Shown here piece after piece: positions 50,784 through 59,949 of a stretch of 64,000 nucleotides of DNA. A program made the translations under genes and the position numbers. The first letter of the stretch is position 1. Every line of letters begins with the position of its first letter. The notes under the pieces are model-generated. The model saw only the letters and a list, made by a program, of their open reading frames with translations, was not told where the DNA came from and did no database searches. The stretch is from an uncultured Bacilli bacterium (GTDB lineage Bacteria; Bacillota_I; Bacilli_A; RF39; UBA660), in contig CALVVG010000001.1 in assembly GCA_944363795.1 (NCBI GenBank), positions 373-64,372 on the forward strand. The letters are read 5' to 3'.

Positions 50784-52136
50784 TTATTGTAACTTAGTTT
50801 TAATTTCTTTTAACATATTATTCAAGTTATCATTTACCTCCAATTCCTCTTTTATTTTATCAATAGCTGTTGATACTGTTGAATGGTCTCTTCCTCCAAA
50901 TTCTAAGCCAATTTTAGCTAAATTCTCATCAGTTTCCTCTCGACATAAGTACATAGCAATATGCCTTGGTCTAACAACATTGTTAGTTCTTTTTTTACTT
51001 TTTAAATCATCAACAGTAATTTTGAAATATTCAGCTACAGCATTTTGAATTGAGGCTATAGAATTGTTGATAAATATGTTAGTAGTAACATAATCGCGCA
51101 ATGCTTCATTTGCAAAATCTAATGTGATTTTATCTGGAACCATCATTGCTGAATATGCCAGCAGTCTATTAATTGTTCCTTCAATGTGTCGGACATCATT
51201 AACACACGAATTTGCTATATAATCAATAGCATCATCTGTAATTTTATTTTCAATGCTAGTATTTTTTACTTTAGCTTTTATTATTTCGCATCTTAAATTA
51301 AAGTCTGGAGGGTATATATCAACAGGTAATCCACACATAAATCTACTTCTAAGACGATCTTCAATTTTTTTTAAGTCATCTGGACTTTTATCGCTACTTA
51401 TAATTATTTGTTTGTTTACTTGATGTAAGGCATTAAATGTGTGAAAAAATTCTTGTTGTGTTCTTTCAGCACCAACGAGAAATTGAATATCATCTATTAT
51501 TAAAACGTCCACATTACGATATTTATTTTTGAATTCATTAGCATAATTTAAACTATTAGGACCTTTATCTAAAGTAGCAATTCCAGTAAATTCAGTCATA
51601 AATTCATTACTAGTTGTATATAATACCTTTTTATCACTATGTTCATGAATATAATTACCAATAGCTTGCATTAGATGGGTTTTACCTAAGCCACTTCTTC
51701 CATATATAAATAATGGATTGTGAATCGTTCCTGGAGCTTCAGCCACTGCTCTAGCTGCTACAAAAGCCAAACGATTAGAATTACCTACAATAAAATTATC
51801 GAAAGTATATTTGGGATTTAAATTAGTATTCCATTCAACTTCTTTATTGATAATTTCTTCTTCAATATTTGGTTGAGTAAAAGTTTCAACTTCATCTTCT
51901 GTAATATATTTAAAGGTATAATTAATTCCTGTTAATGAAAAAAAAGTATCATCAATTATGTCATTATATGTTTCACTTAACATTTGTTTATGAATTTCCA
52001 TTGGAACTTTAATTGTTATTACATTGTTGACAATTGAAAGTAGTTCAAGCTTTGAAAACCATATTGTGTATGCATTTTGACTAACTTGAGATTGGATTTC
52101 GTTTAAAAATTTAAAAAAAAGCTCGTCTGTTTTCAA
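50784..52136 (-). CDS. dnaA: chromosomal replication initiator DnaA
   Basis: A 450-aa ORF with an AAA+ domain (GRSGLGKTHL) and a C-terminal DNA-binding domain. Confidence 0.95.
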   Translation of the reverse strand: MKTDELFFKFLNEIQSQVSQNAYTIWFSKLELLSIVNNVITIKVPMEIHKQMLSETYNDIIDDTFFSLTGINYTFKYITEDEVETFTQPNIEEEIINKEVEWNTNLNPKYTFDNFIVGNSNRLAFVAARAVAEAPGTIHNPLFIYGRSGLGKTHLMQAIGNYIHEHSDKKVLYTTSNEFMTEFTGIATLDKGPNSLNYANEFKNKYRNVDVLIIDDIQFLVGAERTQQEFFHTFNALHQVNKQIIISSDKSPDDLKKIEDRLRSRFMCGLPVDIYPPDFNLRCEIIKAKVKNTSIENKITDDAIDYIANSCVNDVRHIEGTINRLLAYSAMMVPDKITLDFANEALRDYVTTNIFINNSIASIQNAVAEYFKITVDDLKSKKRTNNVVRPRHIAMYLCREETDENLAKIGLEFGGRDHSTVSTAIDKIKEELEVNDNLNNMLKEIKTKLQ

Positions 52137-52508
52137 AACCTCACCCCACTAACAATATTTCCTTGAATACATTTTAAACCATTTTTGATAAAAATAAAAG
52201 TACAAAATACAATAAATAATAATCAAAAATTAATCAACAAAATTATTAACAAAAAATATAAGATAAATTCGACAAAAAACGACATTATCCACAAAATCAA
52301 CAAATATAAAATAACAAAAATTATAAATCAACAAATTATCAACGGTATAGTTAATAAAATGTTGTTAATTATGTTTAAAGTTATCCACATTTTATCAACA
52401 ACCCACATTAATTTGTGGGGATAATCCAAAAATAAACGTTTTTTCCTTGACTTATTTAGATGATTAATATTATAATAAAAAAGCTAAAGAAAAGGAGAAA
52501 GTGTAATA
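52137..52508. other. oriC DnaA-box cluster between dnaA and rpmH
   Basis: Consensus TTATCCACA boxes at 52285-52293 and 52381-52389, TTATCAACA at 52392-52400, an inverted TGTGGGGATAA at 52414-52424, TTATCAACG at 52336-52344, plus several weaker TNATCAACA boxes. Confidence 0.8.
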
Positions 52509-52630
52509 TGAAAAGAACTTATCAACCAAATAGAAGAAAACAAGCAAAAAAACATGGTTTTTTTGCCAGAAAAGGTACTAAAATTTTAAATAATCGTCGC
52601 CGTAAAGGACGCAAAGTTTTATGTAAGTAA
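52509..52630 (+). CDS. rpmH: 50S ribosomal protein L34, interrupted by a 1-nt frameshift in a T6 homopolymer in this sequence
   Basis: Frame 0 gives [18 protein letters not shown], then the +2 frame gives [22 protein letters not shown]. The conserved L34 sequence requires T7 at 52559-52564, where T6 is present. Confidence 0.7.
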
Positions 52631-52665
52631 GAACCACTTTTGTGGTTTTTTTGCTATGGTGAAAT

Positions 52666-53001
52666 ATGAAAAGATACGAAATGGTCAAAAAACATGAGGA
52701 TTTTAACAATATAATAAATAAGGGAACAAAAACGGTTAGTAATTATTTTATTGTCTTTAAATTAGCAAAAGATTTTGTAAAACCCAATTTTGGAATAGCT
52801 ATAGGAAAAAAAGTTGGTAATGCTGTTTTAAGAAATAAACTTAAAAGACAAATGAGAAATATTATAGATAATAATCGTTTGCTATTTGAAAATTATTATA
52901 ATTATATTATAATGATAAAGAAGGGAGCATCTTTTATTTCTTATAAAGAATTAGAAAGTGAATTTAGAAATATTTTCAGAAAGGATCAAAATGAAAAATA
53001 A
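52666..53001 (+). CDS. rnpA: RNase P protein component
   Basis: A 111-aa basic protein directly downstream of rpmH. Confidence 0.85.
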   Translation: MKRYEMVKKHEDFNNIINKGTKTVSNYFIVFKLAKDFVKPNFGIAIGKKVGNAVLRNKLKRQMRNIIDNNRLLFENYYNYIIMIKKGASFISYKELESEFRNIFRKDQNEK

Positions 53002-54046
53002 AATAAAAATTATATTTTTAGTGACAGTTATACTAATGACAAGTGGCTGTGGTACTTCTAATTATATAAAGGACGACGAAAATAAAATAGTTGAATATGA
53101 AGCTACAGGACAAATGCTTCAAAAAGATATATTATGTTTACCAGAAAAAAATGAAGAACTATATAAATTATATGAAAAATATCAGGATCAATTGGATTAT
53201 GATTTTGATGAGTTACCCAAATGTAGTGAATATAATTTGTCATCGACAAAAAGTTCTGGTTTATGGGAATTTATATTTGTAAAACCATTAGCGTTTTTAA
53301 TTTTAAAATTAGGTAATTTAGTTGGAAATTTGGGTATATCTTTGATACTTATTGGTTTAGCTATAAGATTAATATTATTACCATTTACAATAAAAAGTTC
53401 TAAACAAACATTAAATATGCGTAAAGCTCAACCTGAAATTGAAAAAATAGAAAGAAAATATCGAAATCGTACTGATAATGAATCTTTGATGGCTAAAAGC
53501 CAAGAGACAATGATGGTTTATAAAAAATACAAAGTTAATCCAATGGTAGGTTGTTTAATGGCATTTATTCAAATTCCAATATTTTTTGCTTTTTTAAGAG
53601 CAATATATAGAACTCCTGCTATATATGAAGAAACCCTATTTAGTTTTGATTTAGGAATGACTCCTATAGTAGGAATACAAAATGGCAATTATTTATATTT
53701 ATTATTACTAATATTAATTGGAGTATCAACATATTTATCTTTTAAACAAACAATGAGTCAAACTCCTCAAGCAAATCCTGAAGCTGCTAAACAAATGAAG
53801 ATAATGTTATATGTTATGTTAGTAATAGTTGTTTATGCATCTCTTTCATTACCAACAGCTTTAGCATTTTATTGGATTGTAACATACGCTTTCATAGCTA
53901 TTCAAAATATAATTATCAATATGATAAATAATAGATCTTTAACAAATAAACCTCGTAAAACAAAAGCCGAAAAAGAAAAAAAACGAGAAAAGATTAAAGA
54001 CAAATTAGCTAAGAAAGAAGGTATGAAGTATGGAAAAAATAATTAA
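52991..54046 (+). CDS. yidC: membrane protein insertase YidC/SpoIIIJ-type lipoprotein (start at MKNKIKIIF...LMTSGC)
   Basis: A lipobox LMTSGC followed by the YidC 60-kDa insertase core with multiple TM segments, in the rnpA-yidC-jag context. Confidence 0.85.
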   Translation: MKNKIKIIFLVTVILMTSGCGTSNYIKDDENKIVEYEATGQMLQKDILCLPEKNEELYKLYEKYQDQLDYDFDELPKCSEYNLSSTKSSGLWEFIFVKPLAFLILKLGNLVGNLGISLILIGLAIRLILLPFTIKSSKQTLNMRKAQPEIEKIERKYRNRTDNESLMAKSQETMMVYKKYKVNPMVGCLMAFIQIPIFFAFLRAIYRTPAIYEETLFSFDLGMTPIVGIQNGNYLYLLLLILIGVSTYLSFKQTMSQTPQANPEAAKQMKIMLYVMLVIVVYASLSLPTALAFYWIVTYAFIAIQNIIINMINNRSLTNKPRKTKAEKEKKREKIKDKLAKKEGMKYGKNN

Positions 54047-54635
54047 AGAGGGAAAAGACGCAGATTTAATATTAGAAGAAATATTGAATGAAAATGCATT
54101 AAATAAAGATGAAATAGTATATAAAACTAGTGTTAAAAAGGGAAAATTATTTCAAGGAAATGTTAATGAAGTAATAGTTTATACTAAAAATGATATAAAT
54201 CAAGAAATAAAGAAATTTTTAGAATCTTTATTGAAAAAAATGGGATTAGAATTATCATTTGAGATAATAACTAAAGATCAGAGAACAACTATCAAAATGT
54301 ATTCAAATAATAATGCGATTTTGATTGGAAAAGAAGGAAAAATGTTAAAAGCTTTAGAAACATTAGCAAAACAAAAAATATTAAATGATACAGGAATATA
54401 TTATAAATTTAACTTAGATGTTGCCAACTATAAGGATAAAATTCAAAAACATATTGAAAAATTAGCTAAAGTTACAGCTAAGGAAGTATTAAAAACTAAT
54501 GTTCCTGTTGCTTTAGAAAATATGAGCTCATATGAAAGAAGAATTGTTCATAATATATTAACTAATTTTAAAGGAATTAAAACTGAAAGTGAAGGAGAAG
54601 AGCCAAATCGTCATGTGGTTATAAAACCAGAATAA
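54030..54635 (+). CDS. jag: KhpB/Jag RNA-binding protein (KH plus R3H domains)
   Basis: A 201-aa ORF with a C-terminal R3H motif (ERRIVHNIL), downstream of yidC. Confidence 0.8.
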   Translation: MEKIIKEGKDADLILEEILNENALNKDEIVYKTSVKKGKLFQGNVNEVIVYTKNDINQEIKKFLESLLKKMGLELSFEIITKDQRTTIKMYSNNNAILIGKEGKMLKALETLAKQKILNDTGIYYKFNLDVANYKDKIQKHIEKLAKVTAKEVLKTNVPVALENMSSYERRIVHNILTNFKGIKTESEGEEPNRHVVIKPE

Positions 54636-54664
54636 TTTAATTAATACTAAAATTTAGTATTTTT

Positions 54665-54690
54665 AAGTCAATTTAGTTGACTTTTTTTTT
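54665..54690 (+). terminator. Rho-independent terminator after jag
   Basis: The hairpin AAGTCAAtttagTTGACTT is followed by T9. Confidence 0.6.
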
Positions 54691-54817
54691 GTATAATAGG
54701 GAAAATAAAGGTATTTTATGAATAAAAAAGTGTTTATGAAAAAGGTTCACAAACTAATCCTTTTAGAATTAGTTAAATTATGCTATAATACTTCCGTCGA
54801 AAGGAAGTAATTTATTT

Positions 54818-56170
54818 ATGAATGATACTATTTGTGCAATATCAACATCTTTAGGTGTTGGAGCAATATCAATTGTAAGAGTGACTGGTGAAGATGCTAT
54901 AAAAATTGTTGATAGTATATTTGATAGCAGTTTAGTGGATAAAAAAACGCATACTATTCATTATGGCCATATTAAATATAATAATGAAATAATTGATGAA
55001 GTGTTAATCATGCTTATGAAAGCACCTAAAACTTATACAAAAGAAGATATAGTTGAAATAAATTGTCACGGTGGAAATTCTACTACCAAAAAAGTTTTGG
55101 AAATATTACTTCTTTGTGGATGTCGTTTAGCGGAACCTGGCGAATTTACTAAAAGGGCTTATTTAAATGGCCGAATAAATCTTTTGGAAGCAGAGTCTGT
55201 AAATGATTTAATTGTTGCTAAAACTGATGCTGCTAGAATGTTAGCTATAAATAATGTTGATGGTAATTTAACTAAAAGAATTAGAAGTATTAGGGAAAAA
55301 ATAGTAAAAATACTTGCTAATATAGAAGTAAATATTGATTATCCAGAATATCAAGATGAAGTACAAGTAACACAACAATTAATGAATGAATATTTAACTG
55401 ATATTAATAAAGAATTAAAAAAATTGGTTGAAGGTGCAAAAAATGGTCGCATTATTAAAGAGGGAATAAATATTGCTATAATTGGAAGACCTAATGTTGG
55501 AAAAAGTAGTATTTTAAATCATTTACTTGATGAAGAAAAAGCTATTGTTACTGACATTCCTGGCACAACTCGTGATATTGTTGAAGGCTCAATTACTCTA
55601 AATGGAATAGCAATTAATTTTATCGATACTGCCGGAATTAGAGAAACTTCTGATGTTGTGGAAAAAATAGGAGTAGACAGAAGTAAAAGGTCTGCAGAAT
55701 CAGCTGATATAATTTTATTTGTGGCAAATAATAATGAAAAATTAACTAAAGAAGACCTAGAATTACTTGAAAAATACGATTCAGAAAATTTAATTATTTT
55801 TGTAAATAAATGTGATTTAGAACGAAAAATAGAAATTCCGGGAAATATTTCCCGGGAAATAATTTGGGGGAATACGATTGATATAAATGGTCTTGATTCT
55901 TTAAAAATTGCTATAAAAAACAAATTAAATTTAGATAGTATAGTTAATAAAGATATGAGTTATTTATCTAATATTCGTCAAATAGATTTAGTAAATAAGG
56001 CAAATTCTGCAGTTGAAAATGCTTATAATGCTTTAAAAAATGATATGCCTATTGACATGATTGAAATCGATTTGAAATCTGCCTGGGAATATTTAGGAGA
56101 AATAATAGGGGATTCTTATCAAGATGAGCTTGTTGATAATATATTTAGCAATTTTTGCTTAGGAAAGTAG
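54818..56170 (+). CDS. mnmE: tRNA modification GTPase MnmE
   Basis: A 450-aa ORF with G-domain motifs (GRPNVGKSS, DTAG) and the C-terminal CxGK (FCLGK). Confidence 0.9.
   Translation: MNDTICAISTSLGVGAISIVRVTGEDAIKIVDSIFDSSLVDKKTHTIHYGHIKYNNEIIDEVLIMLMKAPKTYTKEDIVEINCHGGNSTTKKVLEILLLCGCRLAEPGEFTKRAYLNGRINLLEAESVNDLIVAKTDAARMLAINNVDGNLTKRIRSIREKIVKILANIEVNIDYPEYQDEVQVTQQLMNEYLTDINKELKKLVEGAKNGRIIKEGINIAIIGRPNVGKSSILNHLLDEEKAIVTDIPGTTRDIVEGSITLNGIAINFIDTAGIRETSDVVEKIGVDRSKRSAESADIILFVANNNEKLTKEDLELLEKYDSENLIIFVNKCDLERKIEIPGNISREIIWGNTIDINGLDSLKIAIKNKLNLDSIVNKDMSYLSNIRQIDLVNKANSAVENAYNALKNDMPIDMIEIDLKSAWEYLGEIIGDSYQDELVDNIFSNFCLGK
55833..55860. other. NBS pair inside mnmE: exact ATTTCCCGGGAAAT at 55847-55860, overlapping a degenerate copy (AAATTCCGGGAAAT) at 55833-55846
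   Basis: The same 14-mer as at 42788-42801, and 17 nt are shared between the two loci (TTTCCCGGGAAATAATT). CCCGGG occurs nowhere else in the window. Confidence 0.55.
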
Positions 56171-56179
56171 GGGATATTT

Positions 56180-58036
56180 GTGTATGATGTAATAGTTGTC
56201 GGTGGAGGCCATGCTGGAATAGAAGCTAGCCATATTGCTGCAAAAATAGGAAAAAATACTCTTTTAGTAACAGGAAATATAAAAAATATTGGAGATATGC
56301 CATGTAATCCTTCAATTGGTGGGACCGCTAAAGGTATAATAGTTCGTGAAGTTGATGCTCTTGGTGGATTAATGGGACATATTGCTGACATTAGTCAAAT
56401 TCAAATAAAAATGCTTAATAACTCCAAGGGACCTGCAGTTCGTTCTCTTCGAGCTCAAGCTGATAAAATAACTTATCCTAAAAATATGCAAGATACCTTA
56501 ATGAAAATGCCTAACTTAACAATTAAAGAAGCAATGATTGAAGACTTAATATTAGAGGATAATACAGTGAAAGGCGTAGTTACATCAGATGGTACAAAAA
56601 TATCTGGTACAATGGTTATTTTAACAACAGGAACATATCTTAAAGGAAATATTTTAGTAGGTAGCGAAAACACTCCGGGAGGACCTCACGGCGAAGCAAG
56701 AAGTAATCATTTATCAGATCAACTTAAAGAATATGGTTTAAAAATTATTAGACTTAAAACTGGAACTCCGCAAAGAATTAAAAAGGACTCCATTGATTTT
56801 TCGGTTATGCAAGAAGAAAAAGGAGATAAAACACCATGGACTTTTAGTTTTGATTATAATGCTTCTTACGATATAGAGAAACAACAATCCTGTTATCTTT
56901 TATATACTAATGAAAATACTCATAAAATTATTCGAGATAATTTAAAAAAATCAGCTATGTATGGTGGTTATGCTACTGGTGTTGGACCTAGGTATTGTCC
57001 ATCGATAGAGGATAAAATAGTAAGATTTGCAGATAAAGAACGACATCAATTATTCTTAGAACCTGAAAGTTTATATTATGATGATTGGTATCTACAAGGA
57101 TTTTCAACTAGCATGCCAAGAGATGTTCAAGAACGCATGGTTCATAGCCTTAAGGGGTTAGAAAACGCTGTTATTACCAAATACGCTTATGCTATTGAAT
57201 ATGATGCTATTGACCCTCTTCAAATTAAACCATCTCTTGAAAATAAAGTTATTAATAATTTATTCACAGCAGGACAAATTAATGGTACTTCCGGTTATGA
57301 AGAAGCAGCAGGACAAGGTATTATTGCCGGCATTAATGCTTCTTTAAAATTGGATCATAAGGAACCATTAATTTTAAAAAGAAGCGATGCATATATTGGT
57401 GTTTTAATTGATGATTTAGTTACAAAAGGAACTATTGAACCATATCGTATGCTTACCTCACGAGCAGAGTTTCGCCTTATTTTAAGACATGATAATGCTG
57501 ATTTAAGATTACGTGAATATGCTAAAAAATGTGGCACAATATCAGATGAACAATATAGAAGGTTTCAAAAAAAGAAGGAAGAAATATCAGAATTAACAAA
57601 TATTTTAAAAGAAAAACATATTTCTTTAACTGCAGATAATAAAAAGATATTTGAAAGAAACAATATCCAAATACCAACAAGTAATTTGTCATTTTATGAG
57701 TTATTAAAAAGACCAGAAATTAAATTATCTTTTTTAGAAAACTTTATTGATTTAAATTTTAGTAATGAAGTAAAAGAACAAGTTGAAATATCAATTAAAT
57801 ATGAAGGATATATCAAAAAAACATATAAAGAAGTAGAAAAACTTGTAAAATTAGAAGAAAAAGAGATTCCAGATGATATTAATTATGCAAAAGTATTAAA
57901 CTTAGCTAGTGAAGCTAAGCAAAAATTAGAAAAAATACGTCCTAAAACAATAGCTCAAGCATCACGTATTAGTGGTGTAAATCCTGTAGATATTTCGGTA
58001 TTATCTGTTTATTTAAAAAAGGAATATAATAAATGA
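56180..58036 (+). CDS. mnmG: tRNA uridine-5-carboxymethylaminomethyl synthesis enzyme MnmG
   Basis: A 618-aa ORF with an FAD-binding N-terminus (VIVVGGGHAGIEA). Confidence 0.9.
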   Translation: MYDVIVVGGGHAGIEASHIAAKIGKNTLLVTGNIKNIGDMPCNPSIGGTAKGIIVREVDALGGLMGHIADISQIQIKMLNNSKGPAVRSLRAQADKITYPKNMQDTLMKMPNLTIKEAMIEDLILEDNTVKGVVTSDGTKISGTMVILTTGTYLKGNILVGSENTPGGPHGEARSNHLSDQLKEYGLKIIRLKTGTPQRIKKDSIDFSVMQEEKGDKTPWTFSFDYNASYDIEKQQSCYLLYTNENTHKIIRDNLKKSAMYGGYATGVGPRYCPSIEDKIVRFADKERHQLFLEPESLYYDDWYLQGFSTSMPRDVQERMVHSLKGLENAVITKYAYAIEYDAIDPLQIKPSLENKVINNLFTAGQINGTSGYEEAAGQGIIAGINASLKLDHKEPLILKRSDAYIGVLIDDLVTKGTIEPYRMLTSRAEFRLILRHDNADLRLREYAKKCGTISDEQYRRFQKKKEEISELTNILKEKHISLTADNKKIFERNNIQIPTSNLSFYELLKRPEIKLSFLENFIDLNFSNEVKEQVEISIKYEGYIKKTYKEVEKLVKLEEKEIPDDINYAKVLNLASEAKQKLEKIRPKTIAQASRISGVNPVDISVLSVYLKKEYNK

Positions 58037-58752
58037 ATATAGAAGAATTTATACAAGAAGTAAAAAAATTAAATATAGAAGTAGATAATGATAAATTAAA
58101 AAAGTTGGAGATATATTGTGATTTTTTGTTAGAGTATAATGTTCATACTAATTTGACTGCAATTAAAACCAAAAAAGATGTATATTTAAAACATTTTTAT
58201 GATTCTTTAACCATAGTAAAAGTAGCTGATTTGTCAAAAGAAAAAACTTTATTAGATATTGGCAGCGGTGCTGGTTTTCCGGGTATGGTATTAAAAATTT
58301 TTTTTCCAGAATTACATGTTTTTTTAGTAGATGCAAATAATAAAAAAACTAAATTCTTAGAAGAATTAAAAATAAAACTTAATGTTGATAAACTAGAAGT
58401 TATCAACAATAGAATTGAAAATATTACTCAAAAATTTCTTAATAGTATAGATATAGTGACTGCTCGGGCAGTAACAAATTTACCTGTTTTATTAGAATTA
58501 GCTACACCTCTTGTATCAGTTAATAAATACTTTATCGCTATGAAAGGAAATGCTAACGAAGAATTACAAAATAGTATATATGCAATAAAATTTTTAAATT
58601 GTGAATTATTGGAAGCATTAGAATTTAATTTGCCATTTAATGCAGGAAATAGAACATTAATTAGAGTAAAAAAATGTGAAAAAAGTGATATAAATAAATT
58701 AAGATCCTATGATAAAATTATAAAAAAACCATTGCAAAATAAATTTAAATAA
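58033..58752 (+). CDS. rsmG: 16S rRNA (guanine527-N7)-methyltransferase RsmG
   Basis: A 239-aa ORF with a SAM motif (DIGSGAGFPG), downstream of mnmG. Confidence 0.9.
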   Translation: MNIEEFIQEVKKLNIEVDNDKLKKLEIYCDFLLEYNVHTNLTAIKTKKDVYLKHFYDSLTIVKVADLSKEKTLLDIGSGAGFPGMVLKIFFPELHVFLVDANNKKTKFLEELKIKLNVDKLEVINNRIENITQKFLNSIDIVTARAVTNLPVLLELATPLVSVNKYFIAMKGNANEELQNSIYAIKFLNCELLEALEFNLPFNAGNRTLIRVKKCEKSDINKLRSYDKIIKKPLQNKFK

Positions 58753-58778
58753 GATAAAATAAAAATAAGAATAAAGGG

Positions 58779-59924
58779 TTGATTTATGTGAATAATACAC
58801 AAAGTGAAGAAAAAATATTACAAATACCAATTGAAGATATAATACCCAATCGATTTCAACCACGATTATCTTTTGATGATGCTTCATTAAATGATTTGGC
58901 TTCTTCCATTAAACAACATGGAATAATACAGCCTTTGGTTTTAAGAAGAATTAACGATAAATATGAAATAATTGCTGGCGAAAGAAGATATAAAGCTGCT
59001 AAAATGGCTGGTTTATCGACAGTACCGGCGATAATTTCTAACTTAAGCGATAGTGCGAGTGCGGAAGTTGCAATAGTTGAAAATATTCAAAGAAAAGATT
59101 TATCAGCTATTGAAGAAGCAAAATCCTATCAAATGCTTTTAGATAAAGGCTATATGACTCAAGAGGAATTAGCAAAAAAAATGGGCTTATCTCAATCGGC
59201 AATTTCCAATAAACTAAGATTATTATCATTAGATGAATCTGTTCAAAATGCTGTAATTAAAGAACAAATTTCTGAAAGACATGCAAGATCATTATTAAAA
59301 GTAAAAAACAAAGATATGCAAAAAGTTTTATTAAATAAAATTATTACTGAAAGACTTACTGTTAAACAATTAGAAGATGAAATAAAAAAAATAGTTGGTA
59401 GTACCAATGATAATAGTGAAGATGTTCCTTTAGTAGAAAATATACCTAATATAGCTAATATAGTTAATAAAGCTGTTGATATAACATCTTTAAATAATAA
59501 TGTCAATGTCGAATCATTGAATGAAGCTAAAGTTAGTGATAAAAGTAATATACCAAAATCATCAGCAATGTTTGGAGCTAGTCCAGAAAAGATGCCTAAT
59601 AAATTTTTTAACTTTCTAGAAAATGAAGCTGCAAATTTGGACATTGAAGAACCTCAAATATCATATGATACTTTAGATGATAACAAGGAAAAAGAAAAAA
59701 CAGTTGATTTGCTTAATAAAACTGATGATATTGAAATGTTAGATGATTTTATAATTCCAAGTGTTGTTAATAAAGATAATCAAATAGTAAATGATAGTTA
59801 TTTAGATCAAGTAATTAAAACAATTCGAAATTTGAATTTTGATAGTGATAAAGTAACTATTGAAGAAATAAATTTACCATTAGAATATCATATAAATATA
59901 AAAATAAAAAAAGATAAGTTATAA
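58779..59924 (+). CDS. noc: ParB-family protein with Noc-type DNA-recognition residues (nucleoid occlusion protein-like) and a low-complexity insertion of about 100 aa. No ParA gene is adjacent.
   Basis: ParB N-domain ILQIPIEDIIPNRFQPR...GERRYKA. The HTH GLSQSAISNKLRLLSL...ISERHARSLL matches B. subtilis Noc (GKGQSTIANKLRLLKL...ITERHARALI) rather than Spo0J (GKSRPHIANHLRLLTL...LSMGHGRTLL). It sits after rsmG, where noc lies in B. subtilis. Confidence 0.65.
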   Translation: MIYVNNTQSEEKILQIPIEDIIPNRFQPRLSFDDASLNDLASSIKQHGIIQPLVLRRINDKYEIIAGERRYKAAKMAGLSTVPAIISNLSDSASAEVAIVENIQRKDLSAIEEAKSYQMLLDKGYMTQEELAKKMGLSQSAISNKLRLLSLDESVQNAVIKEQISERHARSLLKVKNKDMQKVLLNKIITERLTVKQLEDEIKKIVGSTNDNSEDVPLVENIPNIANIVNKAVDITSLNNNVNVESLNEAKVSDKSNIPKSSAMFGASPEKMPNKFFNFLENEAANLDIEEPQISYDTLDDNKEKEKTVDLLNKTDDIEMLDDFIIPSVVNKDNQIVNDSYLDQVIKTIRNLNFDSDKVTIEEINLPLEYHINIKIKKDKL

Positions 59925-59949
59925 AAATGGATTAATGATACCAACATTT

